From a virus (Duplodnaviria; Caudoviricetes), in the IMG/VR virus record IMGVR_UViG_3300047403_000032, positions 1-35,112 of that record: a stretch of DNA of 35,112 nt. One strand, given 5' to 3'. A program made the translations under genes and the position numbers. Shown here in pieces: positions 15,887 to 26,200 of the stretch (its first letter is position 1; every line of letters begins with the position of its first letter). Under the pieces are notes generated by a model. It did no database searches and was not told the DNA's origin. It was given only the letters and a program-made list of their open reading frames with translations.

Positions 15887-18081
15887 TGGCCCGCTATTCC
15901 AAATACGGGGCGATTGACACGCCCATTGCCACGGATGGAGACACTGGGTTCCTGCGGATGAACAATCGTCTGCGGCCTGACCAGCTAAAGCCTACGGATG
16001 TAGCCTACAGCAGTAATGGCCGCATGGACTTGGATGGTGCTTGGCAGGTGCGTAAGGGTATTGACAGCTTTGGTCCTACCCTCACTTCAAACACCGAGTC
16101 TATCCAACTTTTAGCCAGTCCCACTTGGAAGCTTTACAGTGGTACAGTGACGATTAGTTCCGCGAGTCGTAGCACGACTACGGTGACGGTAGATACGTCT
16201 GGAGCACATAGCTACAGTAGCAATACGTTGGTTTACATCTCTGGGCTTACGGGTACGGTTGATCCCAACGGCAATCGTCTAATCACTGTTACCAGCAGCA
16301 CTCAATTCACCTTCACGATTACGGGAGCTACGGGAAACGAAACCTACTCTGGGAGTGGTACGAGCAAGCCCGCAGCCTTGTCTGCAACGGCTGTTACGGG
16401 AGTGTTTGGATCATGTCTCTTCAGCAATCCGAATACGGCGAACGACAATTACATCGTTCTAGCTACCAACCTGAACGCTCAAGCTATCAGGCTTTCAACG
16501 GGTGTAGCTACGACGATTGCCTACCCTACTGGCGTCACCATCACGTCTCAGGTGAACCTCCTTCAGGCGTTCGACAAGGTGTTCATCTTCCGAGATGGCC
16601 TTCAAGCATTGGAATGGAATGGGTCGTTGTCAGGAACTCCCGCTTTCACTAAGGTGACGGGAGGAGCGTACACCAATCCGGTGTACATGGATGCGTCGAA
16701 TAACACGACGGTTGCTGACGGTATTGCCACTGTTACAGCCACGGCACATGGTCTTTCCGTTGGAGATAGGGTGTATGTCGTGGATAAGGGTGCTGGAAAT
16801 CTGACTGAAGATGGCAATGGGTATGTCGTAGCTACCGTACCTTCAGTTGATAGCTTCACTTTCTACACCCAGACTCCTGACGATGCGACGCATAAGGCTG
16901 TTTATGCCAAGCGTCAGAGTCAAAGCCTAGGGCTCATGCATATGCCGTCCCCTGCTTGGGGCGTACATCATCAGAGGCGTCTTTGGATTCCGTATTCCTA
17001 TGAGCCGGGTGGCACTTCAGGTTCCCCAACCTACACGGATAGGAACATTTTGGATGAGCTTGTCGCGTCTGACATCCTAGACAGCGACACCTACGACAAG
17101 ATTGAGGCGCAATACCGAATCACTGGAGGTACGGCTGATTCCTTGGTAGGAGTGGAACCATTTGCAGAAGACAACCTGCTTGTCTTCATGCGGCACTCCA
17201 TCCACCTGATTAAGGGCATATCAGGCTCACTACTGGACACATCAGTGAACCTAATCACCAAGGAGGTTGGATGTGTATCACGCAAGTCCATCGTCCAGAT
17301 TGGCAATCAGGTGTTGTTCCTGTCTGACAATGGTGTCTATGCCGCAGCGTTTGGCGACCTCTACAACCTTCGTGGAGTGGGGGTTCCCCTGTCTGAGCCG
17401 ATCAATGCCACCATTGGTCAGATCAACCGTAACTATGCCCAGAACGCCGTAGCGGCCTATTACAACAACCGCTACTACATCGCTGTTCCCTTGGGTACGT
17501 CCGTGAAAAACAACACCATTTTGGTGTACAACCTGTTGAATCAGGGGTGGGAATCCGTAGATACGATTAATTCAACGGGATGGGATGTTCAGGATATGAT
17601 TGTGGGGGATATTGGGGGGCTTTCCAAGCTCTACGTCGTTGGAAGCAGCGGGTCAGTTCACATCATTGATTCCCGCGATGACGCCACGGATAGACTATCC
17701 CTGTACGCTGGGGTGTCAGCTTCCAATTACACGATTCCGTCCTACGTTACTACCCGCCAGTACACGATGGGAACCATAGATCGTAAGAAGTTCTCCTCTT
17801 ACGAGATTCATGTCGAATCCTCGGCTAGTGAGGCGTCAAACGCCAGCATTAGCTTTGAAACGGAGAATCTGGACTCAACTGAAGCCCTAACCAGCATCTA
17901 CGCCTTGTTGGACAATGCCAATCTCCCAGTGGGTGAAGATGCTTCCTTGCGTGGTAGGATTGGTAATAAACGAGGATATGGAGCGCAGCTAACTCTCACC
18001 CCTACGGTTGGGCGTCCCAAGCTGCGAGCCGTCAATCTTAATGCAGCCCTAACCAATCTAGGCGTAACTCAAGCCACCTAA
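15886..18081 (+). CDS. tail nozzle / tubular protein B-like protein with FCCH-like insertions
   Basis: 731 aa, beta-propeller-like, with VGCVSRKSI, FLSDNGVY and LSEPI motifs; inserted ATVTATAHGLSVGDRVYV-type domains. Confidence 0.75.
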   Translation: MARYSKYGAIDTPIATDGDTGFLRMNNRLRPDQLKPTDVAYSSNGRMDLDGAWQVRKGIDSFGPTLTSNTESIQLLASPTWKLYSGTVTISSASRSTTTVTVDTSGAHSYSSNTLVYISGLTGTVDPNGNRLITVTSSTQFTFTITGATGNETYSGSGTSKPAALSATAVTGVFGSCLFSNPNTANDNYIVLATNLNAQAIRLSTGVATTIAYPTGVTITSQVNLLQAFDKVFIFRDGLQALEWNGSLSGTPAFTKVTGGAYTNPVYMDASNNTTVADGIATVTATAHGLSVGDRVYVVDKGAGNLTEDGNGYVVATVPSVDSFTFYTQTPDDATHKAVYAKRQSQSLGLMHMPSPAWGVHHQRRLWIPYSYEPGGTSGSPTYTDRNILDELVASDILDSDTYDKIEAQYRITGGTADSLVGVEPFAEDNLLVFMRHSIHLIKGISGSLLDTSVNLITKEVGCVSRKSIVQIGNQVLFLSDNGVYAAAFGDLYNLRGVGVPLSEPINATIGQINRNYAQNAVAAYYNNRYYIAVPLGTSVKNNTILVYNLLNQGWESVDTINSTGWDVQDMIVGDIGGLSKLYVVGSSGSVHIIDSRDDATDRLSLYAGVSASNYTIPSYVTTRQYTMGTIDRKKFSSYEIHVESSASEASNASISFETENLDSTEALTSIYALLDNANLPVGEDASLRGRIGNKRGYGAQLTLTPTVGRPKLRAVNLNAALTNLGVTQAT

Positions 18082-18082
18082 T

Positions 18083-18778
18083 ATGGCCATTCTAGCTACA
18101 GGAAATACATTTGCGACTGGGGATAGCGTCACGGCGACGATGCTAAATAATGCCGTGAACAATGCCACCTTTGACACTGGATCGGTTGATAGTTCTACTA
18201 CCCAGCTTTCTGGTGGGGCTATCATTGTTAAGGATGGCGGGATTACGGCTTCAAAGCTGAGTACGGGAGGCCCGACTTGGACTTCTGGAGGGGCTTTGAC
18301 GGCTACCTCCATCCAGAACAGCCCTATTGGCTCTTCTACCCCTGCTTCTGGGGCTTTTACGAGCCTTTCTGCCACTGGAACTACCTCCATCTACGAAGCC
18401 ATTGAGAAGGCAGCTATTAGCGGCAGTGCGCTCACTGGCACCGTAAACTATAATTTCTTGGATGGGGCTGTGGTTTATTACACGACCAATGCTTCAGCCA
18501 ACTGGACGCTGAATGTGCGCGGAGATGGGTCCACCACCCTGAACTCCGTCATGGCCACCAATGACTCGGCTAGCATTGTTGTCATGGCTACGCAGGGAAC
18601 GACGGCCTACTATCAGTCGGCTATGACCATTGATGGTAATGCCGTAACTCCCAAGTGGGCTGGTGGAACGGCTCCCACGGCTGGCAATGCTTCCAGTGTG
18701 GACATCTACACCTTCACCATCATAAAGACGGCGAGTGCAACCTTCACCGTCTTCGCTACTCAAACCAAGTTTGCCTAA
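18083..18778 (+). CDS. tail/virion structural protein
   Basis: N-terminal TFATGDSVTATMLNNAV; C-terminal PKWAGGTAPTAGNASSVDIYTF beta domain. Confidence 0.7.
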   Translation: MAILATGNTFATGDSVTATMLNNAVNNATFDTGSVDSSTTQLSGGAIIVKDGGITASKLSTGGPTWTSGGALTATSIQNSPIGSSTPASGAFTSLSATGTTSIYEAIEKAAISGSALTGTVNYNFLDGAVVYYTTNASANWTLNVRGDGSTTLNSVMATNDSASIVVMATQGTTAYYQSAMTIDGNAVTPKWAGGTAPTAGNASSVDIYTFTIIKTASATFTVFATQTKFA

Positions 18779-19142
18779 GGCCATTGAGCAAGCTCTGGCC
18801 ATCTATGGGCCTGAGTTTGCCAAGATTCATGGCCATTACACGTTAAACGGATATTGCTATTCCCAGCCTGACGTACTCCTCCTGTTTAGGCCATGCAGGA
18901 AGGACAGGCTATGGGAGTGGAATCCTGAGGATGCAGACTGCTGGTGGGCAGAACTGGCAATAGGACATAAAGCACCGTCCATCTTTGCTAGAATCCTGCC
19001 GTGGTCGTTGCCTTATGTTGGCTGGCAGCGTGGGGTTAGAAACGACCTTAAGCCACGATTCTTCCCCTTTAACAAAGCACTAGCCATCTATGAGTTTTTC
19101 AACGAAAGTAGCGGCTCCTCCTCCTGCTCCCGCCCCTGTTAA
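18771..19142 (+). CDS. hypothetical protein (position of the GNAT-like internal virion protein)
   Basis: TTG at 18771 overlaps the upstream stop; aromatic-rich; directly before the ejection proteins. Confidence 0.55.
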   Translation: MPKAIEQALAIYGPEFAKIHGHYTLNGYCYSQPDVLLLFRPCRKDRLWEWNPEDADCWWAELAIGHKAPSIFARILPWSLPYVGWQRGVRNDLKPRFFPFNKALAIYEFFNESSGSSSCSRPC

Positions 19143-20994
19143 TGCTGGGGAGTCTGCTTCTCAGTTCATTAGCCAGATGGCGAGTCCTGAGTTTCAGCAG
19201 CTTTTGCTGAGCGCAGAATCTACCTACCGTCCGCAATACACGGCTCTTCAGCAGCGCGACCTTCAGAACACTCTCCTTGGTGTAGCCCCCGGTACGGCTG
19301 AAGGATTTTATGGCACGTTGGATTTGGCGGCAATGTCCGCCCAGCGTCAGGCTGCTCTTCAGCAGCAGCTTCAAACTCAAGCTACGGAATATGGCCTAGC
19401 TCAGCTTGGGGCGTATGCCCCTCAAGCCCGTGAGGCTTATCTTGCGGCCAATCCTGAGATGGCAGCAGCCCTTGGTCAGGCTGCACAGCTTGGCGGTCGC
19501 CAAATGAGCGGCTATCTGAATCAGATGGGTCAGATGGCGATGCAAGCTCCTCAGGCTCAAGCCATCTCTCCTGAGCGTTTGACGGCTCCCACTGGCTTCA
19601 CTCCCCAGCAGGTGGCTGCTCAACAGCTTCAAGTGGCTGGAACGCTTACGCCAGAGCGTGTGGCGGCTGAGCGTGTAGCCGCTGGTCAGGTGTCTGCTGA
19701 GCGTGTTGGTGCTGGAGCCCTTGGTGAGTCTCTCTATCAACAGGCTCTTCGCAATCAGCAGCTTTCTCCGCTCAGTCAGGCCCTTCAGGCTCAGGGTTTG
19801 GCTAGGGCTGCTGCCCCCGGTCAACTTACAGCTCAGGAGCTTCGTGCTGCTACGCAAGGAGCTCGTGAGATGGCTGCTAGCACAGGTCGCTTGGAAAGTG
19901 CCACTGGAATCACGGGAGAGGCCTTGGCCCGTGCTGGTGCTGCCCGTCAGCGCACGGCTGAAGACATTGCGATGGCTCAGCAGATTAACCAACAGCTTCT
20001 TGGAGCCCAACAAGCTGGTCAGGCGCTTTCCACTGACGTGCTTCGTGCGGACATTGCCCGTCAACAGGCTAACGCTGCTGCGGCTCTTCAGGCTGGTCAG
20101 TTCAATGTCGGCACTGGTCTTGAGGCTTCTAGGGCCAATCAACAGGCCATGCTTCAGGCTGCTTTGGCTAATCAACAGGCTGGGATGCAAGCTGGTCAAT
20201 TCAACATCACGAACGCTCAGGATGTGGCCCGTCTCAATCAGCAAGCCAATCTTCAGGCTGCGCTGGCTAATCAGGCTGCTGGACAGCGTGCGTTTGAATT
20301 TGGCGCTGGCCAGAGCATGGCTGCTCAGGAGCTTAACGCCCGTCTTGGCCTATCTGCGGCTGAGGCCAATCGTGCCTATCAGGCGCAGCAAGCTCAGCAG
20401 CAGTTTGCCAATCTTGGAGCAGTGCTGGGTGCTGAGCAAGGTATGCTTGGTGCGGATCGGGCCTACGCCCTTCAACAGGCTCAGCAGCAGGGAAATGTCA
20501 CGGCTGCTAGCCTTGGCCTGATTGGATTTGGCCAGACTCCTGCCGCTTTGGGTCTTGGGGCTCAGCAGCAGGGCATTAGTCAGGGTCAGATGAGCATGGG
20601 TCCGCAGTTGTTTGACCCATCTGCTGGCATCAATCTGGGCCTACAGAACGCGGCCAACCTCGCCAACTATCAGGCCTCCACTTATGGCGCTAGGGCTGGA
20701 GCTCAGGGCCAAATTGCTGGCGCAACTATTGGAGCCATTGGCAATGTTGCAGGATCGCTCTTAGGCAATCCATCACTCTTCAAGACGTGCTGGGTGGCTC
20801 GTGAGATATACGGAGTTGAGAACCCGAAGTGGCTTATGTTCCGTGAATGGCTGCTTGAAGATGCCCCGTCTTGGTTCTATAAACTCTACGTCAAACATGG
20901 TGAACGGTTTGCCAAGTTCATCAGTAATAAGCCAAAGCTGAAGTCCTTCATCCGTTCTTGGATGGACAGCCGCATCAACTACAAATTCGCTTAA
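19090..20994 (+). CDS. internal virion / DNA ejection protein with Q/A repeats and a C-terminal CWVARE domain
   Basis: 634 aa, Q/A/G-rich with QAALANQ repeats and a hydrophobic Gly-rich helix, then a distinct 68-aa domain. Confidence 0.75.
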   Translation: MSFSTKVAAPPPAPAPVNAGESASQFISQMASPEFQQLLLSAESTYRPQYTALQQRDLQNTLLGVAPGTAEGFYGTLDLAAMSAQRQAALQQQLQTQATEYGLAQLGAYAPQAREAYLAANPEMAAALGQAAQLGGRQMSGYLNQMGQMAMQAPQAQAISPERLTAPTGFTPQQVAAQQLQVAGTLTPERVAAERVAAGQVSAERVGAGALGESLYQQALRNQQLSPLSQALQAQGLARAAAPGQLTAQELRAATQGAREMAASTGRLESATGITGEALARAGAARQRTAEDIAMAQQINQQLLGAQQAGQALSTDVLRADIARQQANAAAALQAGQFNVGTGLEASRANQQAMLQAALANQQAGMQAGQFNITNAQDVARLNQQANLQAALANQAAGQRAFEFGAGQSMAAQELNARLGLSAAEANRAYQAQQAQQQFANLGAVLGAEQGMLGADRAYALQQAQQQGNVTAASLGLIGFGQTPAALGLGAQQQGISQGQMSMGPQLFDPSAGINLGLQNAANLANYQASTYGARAGAQGQIAGATIGAIGNVAGSLLGNPSLFKTCWVAREIYGVENPKWLMFREWLLEDAPSWFYKLYVKHGERFAKFISNKPKLKSFIRSWMDSRINYKFA

Positions 20995-20995
20995 T

Positions 20996-23221
20996 ATGGC
21001 CATCATTGGACAAGGCGTACAGGCTGGTCTTGGACGGGTGGACTACACCCCCTATCTTCAGGGGGCAATGGCTGGAGCGCAGGGTATTGCTCAAGGCATT
21101 GCTGGCGTAGGAAAGTCCGCCGCTGATGCCATTCAGGAGTATCAGAAGAATAAATTAGCTAATGATGTTCTTCAGGGCAGGAATGTCAGAATGTTGGCAA
21201 TTCTTTCAAAGAACCCAAACTACGCTGACTTTGCTCCAGAAAAGGACACTATTGCAAAGCTTTCAGAAAAGCTGACTAAGGGAGGTCTAAGTCTAAGCGA
21301 CAATAAGAAGCTAAATGCTGAGCTAACTACTGCATTTGAAATCGGTGGTGAGATTATTAAGGTTCAGCAGCAAGAGCGCTACGCCAAGGCGGCTGAGGCT
21401 CAGGCTAATGCTGCTGCTTTTGAGCTTGATCGTAAGAAGAAGGAGTCCGCTGCCATTGACCTATTTGGTCAGGAGCTAGCTAAAGCCTCTTCTGCGGCTG
21501 GAGGTAAACCGCTTGATGCTGACACAATCATCAAGATAGGAGTTGGTGCTCAAGCTCCTTTTAATGTCATTAATGCTGCCGCTGGTGGGTCTATTGAAGC
21601 TGATCGCATCAATTTGGCCAAGTCACAGTTTGAAACAGATAAAAAGTTAGCTGGGCTGAAGGCGCGTGGGATGGAAATTGAGAACGAGGAAAAAACCAGA
21701 ATTGCTGGCATCCTCAAGTCGATGGGAACGGAGGCAAAGATTGAGTCAGTTGATGTAAACGGAACTCCGTTTGTAAGGATTTTTGATCCGGTTTCTGGAA
21801 AGAGCCAATTTGAACAGGTAAAGCTGGCCAAGGTTAATCCAGACAGGGCTCAGCAAATACAGAACTTTGCGCTCAGATATCTTGAGGCAGAGGCCAGCGG
21901 GAATCAGGCCGGAATGACTGGTGCGCTTGGCGACTTTGCCGTCGCCATGAAGTACCCCGGCGGATTCACGCTTAGTGCCGTCATGGACGACTTCAAGCCC
22001 GTCCTTGATAACGCTAGGCAGAACCTTGCTGCCGGTCGAGTTCCGTCTGTTCCGCTTGGTCAGGGCGCTCCTGCTGGCGCAACGAGTATTCGCAGGGTAG
22101 ATGCCACGCCTCAAGGGCAAACGCCCCAGAAAGCTGCACCAACGCCAGCGCAGTCTTCCAATGTTCAAGCAGTTAGAACCTCAACTGGGGTGGTTGCCCA
22201 GAACAACCTTCCGCCCAAGCTGCCCACTGCAAATACGGAGCAGCTTGGGGCTAGTGGAAATGCCGATCTTCAGGCGTTCTTGGCTAACGCTAGTGTATTT
22301 CCCAGCGTAAACGACACCCAGCTCACTCAAGCTGTCATTGCTGCTGCTCCTCAGGCTCCTGTTGTTGACACCAATATTGAGCCATCACGTCTGGCTTACA
22401 TTCCGCGTAGTCCTGCTGGGGCTCCGCAATATGGAACCATTGAACAGGAGCGCAGGTTTAACTTCCCCGCAATGTCCATTGCTGGAGCTGCCGAGCGTTC
22501 TGCGGCTGGGGCAGAAGGGATGGCCGCTTATGGGATGGCCCCTCGTTCTGAGTTTGGAACACCTGATTTTGGCAAGTTTCTAGGGCTTCCGCTCCGTGGA
22601 GCTGAGGCGCTTGCGAGGGGTATTGCTGTTGGTGACTACACGGTGCCTGAACAGTCGTTTCTCACTAGGGCTGGAGAAGGCATTGGCACCATGCTTTCTG
22701 GAAGCAATTCCATTGGTGAAACCGCTAGGGCATTTACTGTTCCATTTGGAGGTGTTCCAGAAGGAGTAGGTGAAGCAGTATTTGACCGCCCATCCAACGC
22801 AATTCAGGCGACAATGGAAGCGCTGTCGTCCGGAATGAGGCCAGGTGGTGGGCGTCAACAGACCAGTGAAGCCGCTGCCCCACGTCCCATGCAGAGCGCT
22901 GAGATTCCTAGGATTGAGTTGTCCAAGGATGCTAAGCGTATTGCTGACCTTTTGCTTCAGGAGTACGAGAACACCAAGGGAGGAAAGCCCCCCACCTTCA
23001 CCATCACGGCATCACGTCCGGGCGGAGGAGAAACCACGGTGAAGCTGCGTAACCCTGAGATTCTGGCCATCATGTCCAATCCAACCAACTTTGGCGGATT
23101 GATTCGTGGCAATGTCAATCAGTTCCAGCAGCAAAACGCCCAGATGAACCGTATTCTGGAGCAAATGCTTGCTGAACGTCAGGCTGCTCAGGCTGCTCGC
23201 AGGGCCAATCGGGCTCGCTAA
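20996..23221 (+). CDS. internal virion protein
   Basis: 741 aa, second of three large ORFs after the tail genes. Confidence 0.65.
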   Translation: MAIIGQGVQAGLGRVDYTPYLQGAMAGAQGIAQGIAGVGKSAADAIQEYQKNKLANDVLQGRNVRMLAILSKNPNYADFAPEKDTIAKLSEKLTKGGLSLSDNKKLNAELTTAFEIGGEIIKVQQQERYAKAAEAQANAAAFELDRKKKESAAIDLFGQELAKASSAAGGKPLDADTIIKIGVGAQAPFNVINAAAGGSIEADRINLAKSQFETDKKLAGLKARGMEIENEEKTRIAGILKSMGTEAKIESVDVNGTPFVRIFDPVSGKSQFEQVKLAKVNPDRAQQIQNFALRYLEAEASGNQAGMTGALGDFAVAMKYPGGFTLSAVMDDFKPVLDNARQNLAAGRVPSVPLGQGAPAGATSIRRVDATPQGQTPQKAAPTPAQSSNVQAVRTSTGVVAQNNLPPKLPTANTEQLGASGNADLQAFLANASVFPSVNDTQLTQAVIAAAPQAPVVDTNIEPSRLAYIPRSPAGAPQYGTIEQERRFNFPAMSIAGAAERSAAGAEGMAAYGMAPRSEFGTPDFGKFLGLPLRGAEALARGIAVGDYTVPEQSFLTRAGEGIGTMLSGSNSIGETARAFTVPFGGVPEGVGEAVFDRPSNAIQATMEALSSGMRPGGGRQQTSEAAAPRPMQSAEIPRIELSKDAKRIADLLLQEYENTKGGKPPTFTITASRPGGGETTVKLRNPEILAIMSNPTNFGGLIRGNVNQFQQQNAQMNRILEQMLAERQAAQAARRANRAR

Positions 23222-23262
23222 CAAGCCCCTAGCGCTGGGTAAATGCGCTATGATAGTGGGGC

Positions 23263-26200
23263 ATGCCCAAGTACATCATCAATACCAGCAAGGGGGATTT
23301 TGAAGTAGAGGCCGAAAGGCAACCCTCTAGGGAAGAGGGAGAGCAGTTGGTTGCTGGTATGCCTGAAACTCGCCAGCCAGAGCCGCAAGCCAAAGCGCCT
23401 CAGGCCAAGGATGAACCGCAGGAGTACACGAAAGTACCTGTCCGTGAGCAAACGATGGGTGAATTGGCCCGTGGCGTTGCAATGGAGATTGGTGGAACGC
23501 TTGCCAGCACGGCTGCTGGGGCTGCTGTTCTTGGTCCTGTTGGTGCTGTAGCTGGAGCAGTTGGGGGAGGCTCGTTTTTCAACTGGCTTAGGCAAAAGGT
23601 GGAGCAGGAAGAGGGCACTAGGGCTGACATCAGCAAGGGCGAGATTGCGGCTAGTGGCGTGATGGGCTTCATCCCAGCATCCTTTGGACTGAAAGCCATC
23701 CGCTCATCCACTGGCTTCGTTAAGCCAGCCGTCATCAGGGCAACGCAGGGTGGTGCCACGGCCATGACGGCTGAGTCGGTGAAGGGCATGATTGACAAGG
23801 GTGAACTTCCTGAATGGCAGGAGTTGGCTGTTGCTGGAGGCGTTGGCGCGGCTACGGGAGGCGTCCTTGGTGCCGTTGAGAAGCGCTATCAGATGGCTGG
23901 CAACCTCATTGCCAGTCCTGCCATAGCTCAGGCCACTCAAGCTGGGGCTGGAATTGGAGTTGGTGCCTACGTTTACAACGACGCCATTGAGAAGGGCGAT
24001 CCTAATGCCCTGCCAAAGGCCTTTCTGTATGGAGTTGCAACGTATGGAGCAACCCATGCTCCATCTGTTCTTTTTAAGACCAAGGGAATTGAGGATAAGT
24101 TTTCATCCGCCATTGTTGGTCCAGAAGCTAAGCTGGGGAAAGAAGCCATTGGCGGTATTGAAACTTACATGAACGGCCTTAAGGCCAATCAAACCGAAGC
24201 CTACAACATAGGTATTTCGGTGAAGAAGGAGATAGGGAAGTCGTCCAATCCGTCCCAGTTGACGGCAGATGTGACATCGGTGTTGGACGGTAATGCTTCC
24301 CCAAATATCCTCCCTCCCAGCATACGTCCATACCTCGAAAGGTTCAATGTTCTGCGTGCTGAAAATTCAGACATCATCGCGCAGATGCCGATTGATCCAG
24401 CGCAGAAGAACGCAATTCTTAACAACAAGACAAGCTACATCAGAAGGGCATACGCAGCACACGATCCGCGTGCCAAAAGAGAAGTTGACTTTGATACACC
24501 CGTTACTCGTCAGGCCTACAAGGACGAGCTTGTGAATGAGTTCATGGCCAACTCTGGCGTATCCCAAGCCGAGGCTGAAAAAATCGCAGATAGGCAGATG
24601 ACCAGAATGTTGGATGATATTGGCTACCTGTGGAGCGCCAACTTTGCTGGAGGCCCTACGAATGGTCCAACGTCTCCGTTGATGCGTAGGCATGAGCTAA
24701 GCGACAAAGCTAGGGCTTGGCTTGGCGAGGTGGTTGAGCCGGGAGCCCGTATTGCCAACACGCTAAATGCTCAAGCTCGTCTTGTTTTGCACGAGAGTCA
24801 TGACGAGTTCATGAAGAACTTTCTCATAAACTCAGGTATTGGTTCGTACACGAAACGCGCAGGAGATGTATTGTTGGTTGCTGCCGAAAGCCCAACGCTT
24901 CACAGCAAGTTGAAGGATATTTACGTTCCTGAGGCGTGGAATAACGCTTACAAGGAAATGCTTTCTCCAAACCTATTTGGAGACGGGACAATGGCTAAGC
25001 ATTGGATGTCCTTGCAGGGATTCTCCAAGGCCATGAAGACTGTTGGAAACTTGCCTGAAGCCGTAATGCCTCAGGTCCTTGGAGACATGGCTATTGCCGC
25101 AGCCTCGTTCAAAATTAACCCTGCTGATTTAGTAGGAGCAGCAAGGGAAGTTGGAAGAATTTACGGATTTGGAACGAAAGGAATGACGGCTCAAGATAAG
25201 GTGGACATGTTCAAGCGCTTCAAGAAACTTGAAAGCCTTGGCATTGTCCAGAGTGGCGCCGAGGCGCAGGAACTCAGCACCCTAATAGAGCAATCCTCCT
25301 TTGCGAAGAAGCCAAAGGAAGTGCTGGATAAGTTTAGTCGAGCATATGGATTTCCAGACTCATTTGTCAGACTTGCCATTTTTGAGCAGAACGTAAGGGA
25401 GATACAGAGCTACTCGCCCAACCTAGGGATGGACGAGATAATGAAGCGTGCGGCTAATCTCACAAATGATACGTTCCCTACCCACAGCAGAATTGCCAGA
25501 CGCTTTAGGCAGCTAACTGCCATTGGTGCTGCTAATGCATTTGGATCGTTTGAGTATGAGGTGGTAAGGACTAGCGTTAATAACGTAAAGCACATCTCGT
25601 ATTTGATGCGTGAGGGATATCGGCTTGGAACGTCCCAAAATCCGGTAGATCGTCAGATTGGGCAAAAGATGATTGCCGTAGCCGCCAAGCGCAGCCTTGC
25701 CCTTGCCAGCGTTGCAGGAATGACCACTGGCTTAGCTGCTTGGGGAAGCCGCGTCCTTGGCTCCAGCGATCAGGATGTTAAGGATACGGACAAGATTGCA
25801 CCAACCTTCGACACGGATAAGGCCAAGATTGTTAAGGTGAATAGGGATGGCACCTACTCATACGCGCCCATCAATTACATGATGCCGTATGCGAACATGG
25901 CCACGACGTTGGGCAAGGCGCTGAATGGCGAGAATCCACTGCCCTATCTGAAAACGACGTTCCTTGGCGATGACCTTGGCCCGCTGCTTACGTCCACCAC
26001 GGAGGCCATCACCAACACCTACTACGGAACGAAAGTATCGGTTACAGAGCCTAGGGATAACCAGCTCCTTTTTGAGCGGGTTCTTTCCCGTGCCTTCCTT
26101 CCGCAATTCATCACGGGAACCCTATCCCGCATTGAGAAGGCTGCGCGTGGAGAAACCAACAAGCTGGGTACCAAATATACGTTTGAGGACCAGCTCTTGC

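Noticed and set aside
19396-20521. Long alternative-frame ORFs (282 and 272 aa) within the ejection gene
   Set aside because: By-products of repetitive GCT/CAG codon usage.
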